Both the position numbers and the translations under genes were made by a program. Of a stretch of 59,911 nucleotides of DNA, positions 59,501 to 59,911 are shown piece after piece (position 1 is the stretch's first letter; every line of letters starts with the position of its first letter). The stretch is from Minisyncoccota bacterium (lineage in GTDB: Bacteria > Patescibacteriota > Minisyncoccia > Phycocordibacterales > JAQTLZ01): assembly GCA_028714635.1 (NCBI GenBank), contig JAQTLZ010000005.1, positions 1 to 59,911 of the forward strand. The letters are read 5' to 3'. Below the pieces are notes generated by a model. It saw only the letters and a list, made by a program, of their open reading frames with translations. It was not told the DNA's origin and searched no databases.

Positions 59501-59911
59501 CGCGCTGGCAATTGTTCCACTGCCACCAAGAGTTCCGCCATTTGGAAAATAGAATGGAGATGGAATCCCGGCACGCAAGGCATACCCACCACCACCACCA
59601 AAAGTACCGTCTATCCCAGCAGTACCTGTAACTTTGACAGATGCGAAGCCTTTGCCCGAATGCAGAAGGAGGGTTGAACCAGCATTCACACCAAAGTTAG
59701 TTATTGTCAGGAGGTCATCAATATCGAGCGTTGCGTTGTTGTACACAGTCACATTACCGAGTGTCCTGCCTCCAGGAAGATCCATGTGAGAGTATGAACC
59801 GATAGTAACATTATCGCCATTTGCGGGGACACCGGAGGGAGACCAACATGCCGCATTTGACCAAAGATTTGTATTACATCCTATCCAAGTCTTCTCTGCA
59901 GCATGACTCGT
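56513..59911 (-). CDS. giant secreted surface protein, 5-prime partial (continues beyond the window end)
   Basis: The frame stays open from 59785 to 59911 (TWIGCNTNLWSNAACWSPSGVPANGDNVTIGS). Beta-helix-like N-region, a GW-repeat core and PKD-like C-terminal modules. Confidence 0.8.
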   Translation of the reverse strand, partial: TSHAAEKTWIGCNTNLWSNAACWSPSGVPANGDNVTIGSYSHMDLPGGRTLGNVTVYNNATLDIDDLLTITNFGVNAGSTLLLHSGKGFASVKVTGTAGIDGTFGGGGGYALRAGIPSPFYFPNGGTLGGSGTIASAVTIGAGNFTMAATGLTMNSGFTNNGAITNIGAVNILAISGTGTWTQGSGSTLNTCNSTNAFTATASNNVVNYTSSGCSVQGVGYNTLKINATGSGATLAGNIPSLSKLYIGDLVSNALFDDGGKTITAGSASLTFTSGIYRVKASTMPTFASYTIASGTTVDYNANGNQTITPLVSPGYANLWLSGSGTKTAGGAIIARGDFLNSAGVSYDAGTYSPTPTLSVAGNFTNSGAVVARSGTVTLNPSNASVSVIFYAPIAFNNLTLLAPAGTPKLFYFTSSNANAIQILGKFTADGSPAGLISLRPSISAPTTKWFINPSFGSKSVSYLDVSYGGCTALTPAISPANSVDNFVSGLSTNDACWFPATITVSPASLTTTEVTGAGGVNQSVNPTFTITLSKTSPLSVTIPLSVVATPGQPVPATARITVPANAFIPANTLSTTVTVTTVNDQTNNDTQFSTIQTGAAQQSAGGVFAGVPVADVPVTSNDDDLGVATNVNGWLWEADGSDSNSANDEGVGWGSMNCLTGKAGGGSICGAHDYGVNITVSGNMGTFSGQAWSDTVGWIDFEQTSGCPTSLPSPLLPCQPQVDFNTGKVTGWARALSMIGGAGDGWIELSGTNHVSPDPNLANTSSPDYGMQGVTFNRTTKKFIGFGWNAGVGSGGLGWVKFWDVNYTGTIPAQISTTCSSSPSGTVYVGTPVTWSLTAPINGTAPYHYAWSGEGIVTPAADAPSVTATYTTTGPKQAFVTVTDSAGGSVNPTCTITADPSPTPPPTPLSVTDCEANPTSPILNLPMNWVAIQHGGSGSYSYSWSGDGITTTGANPNYDDPSPQVTYTSLSPSPQKTVSVTVTDNVTHETGNRSCSATVKEAFVGTCPNKSVIMTSSGLSVPFSWVVSIPTDNLPAPVPPALPPHCDYSWEIVTGGNPIPSLTNPAGGACSPNTSVTSNAISYSATGTKVVNFKIHAIVTTTLDDGTTVTTPTDTLIPCSANVIDPKGVER

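Noticed and set aside
1-59911. CRISPR array, tRNA or rRNA genes
   Set aside because: The repeated hairpins are dispersed single copies, not regularly spaced direct repeats. No intergenic segment showed a tRNA cloverleaf with T-loop or rRNA-like sequence by eye. A tRNAscan or Infernal run would be decisive.
1-59911. Alternative genetic code (UGA sense, as in some CPR lineages)
   Set aside because: Conserved genes are full-length under the standard code, and TGA serves as a stop (pgk at 44491, GIY-YIG at 31226). I saw no in-frame TGA interruptions in ribosomal proteins.

Overview
All but four genes are on the minus strand. The window looks like a small-genome, moderate-to-low-GC bacterium that does not use Shine-Dalgarno sites. 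Extended ribosomal proteins, ComEC plus a minimal type IV pilus, and giant surface proteins fit Patescibacteria/CPR best, but that assignment is inference. The backbone from 26.6 kb down to 0.2 kb is the str/S10/spc ribosomal super-operon (rpsL-rpsG-fusA-tuf-rpsJ-rplC-rplD-rplW-rplB-rpsS-rplV-rpsC-rplP-rpmC-rpsQ-rplN-rplX-rplE-rpsZ). It is split by inserted cassettes, most with their own terminators and several followed by a TTGACA-N17-TAGTAT-type promoter. These are a ~10 kb island of giant secreted proteins between fusA and tuf, a REP-flanked RAYT transposase with GC-rich orphan genes between rplB and rpsS, a cell-wall-binding repeat protein between rplE and rpsZ, and a small membrane protein between rpsG and fusA. 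From 26.6 to 59.9 kb the window holds a methyltransferase, two GT-like paralogs, an S2P protease, rpmB, DNA uptake and processing genes (a split ComEC, rnhA, recJ), SOD, HIT, a 1385-aa metzincin-like surface protein, pgk-tpiA, a pilB-pilC-pseudopilin cluster, a GC-rich FGE/CLec-domain gene, and more giant surface proteins. The last of these runs off the window. Two signals look most novel. First, a five-copy family of hairpin-ended elements: two copies carry an 86-89 aa GIY-YIG-only ORF, and four copies are inserted exactly at the start codon of a conserved gene, duplicating that ATG. Second, three Sec-signal surface proteins end in the same motif, [VI]LE[SA]FGH[LF]LGF-COOH, encoded with different codons. 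This looks like a candidate sorting or anchoring tag. Several further small structured-repeat families are also present: stop-codon-abutting palindromes, a covarying three-hairpin motif, heptad-periodic intergenic hairpins, and a MITE with a 5-bp target-site duplication. I found no rRNA, tRNA or CRISPR array.
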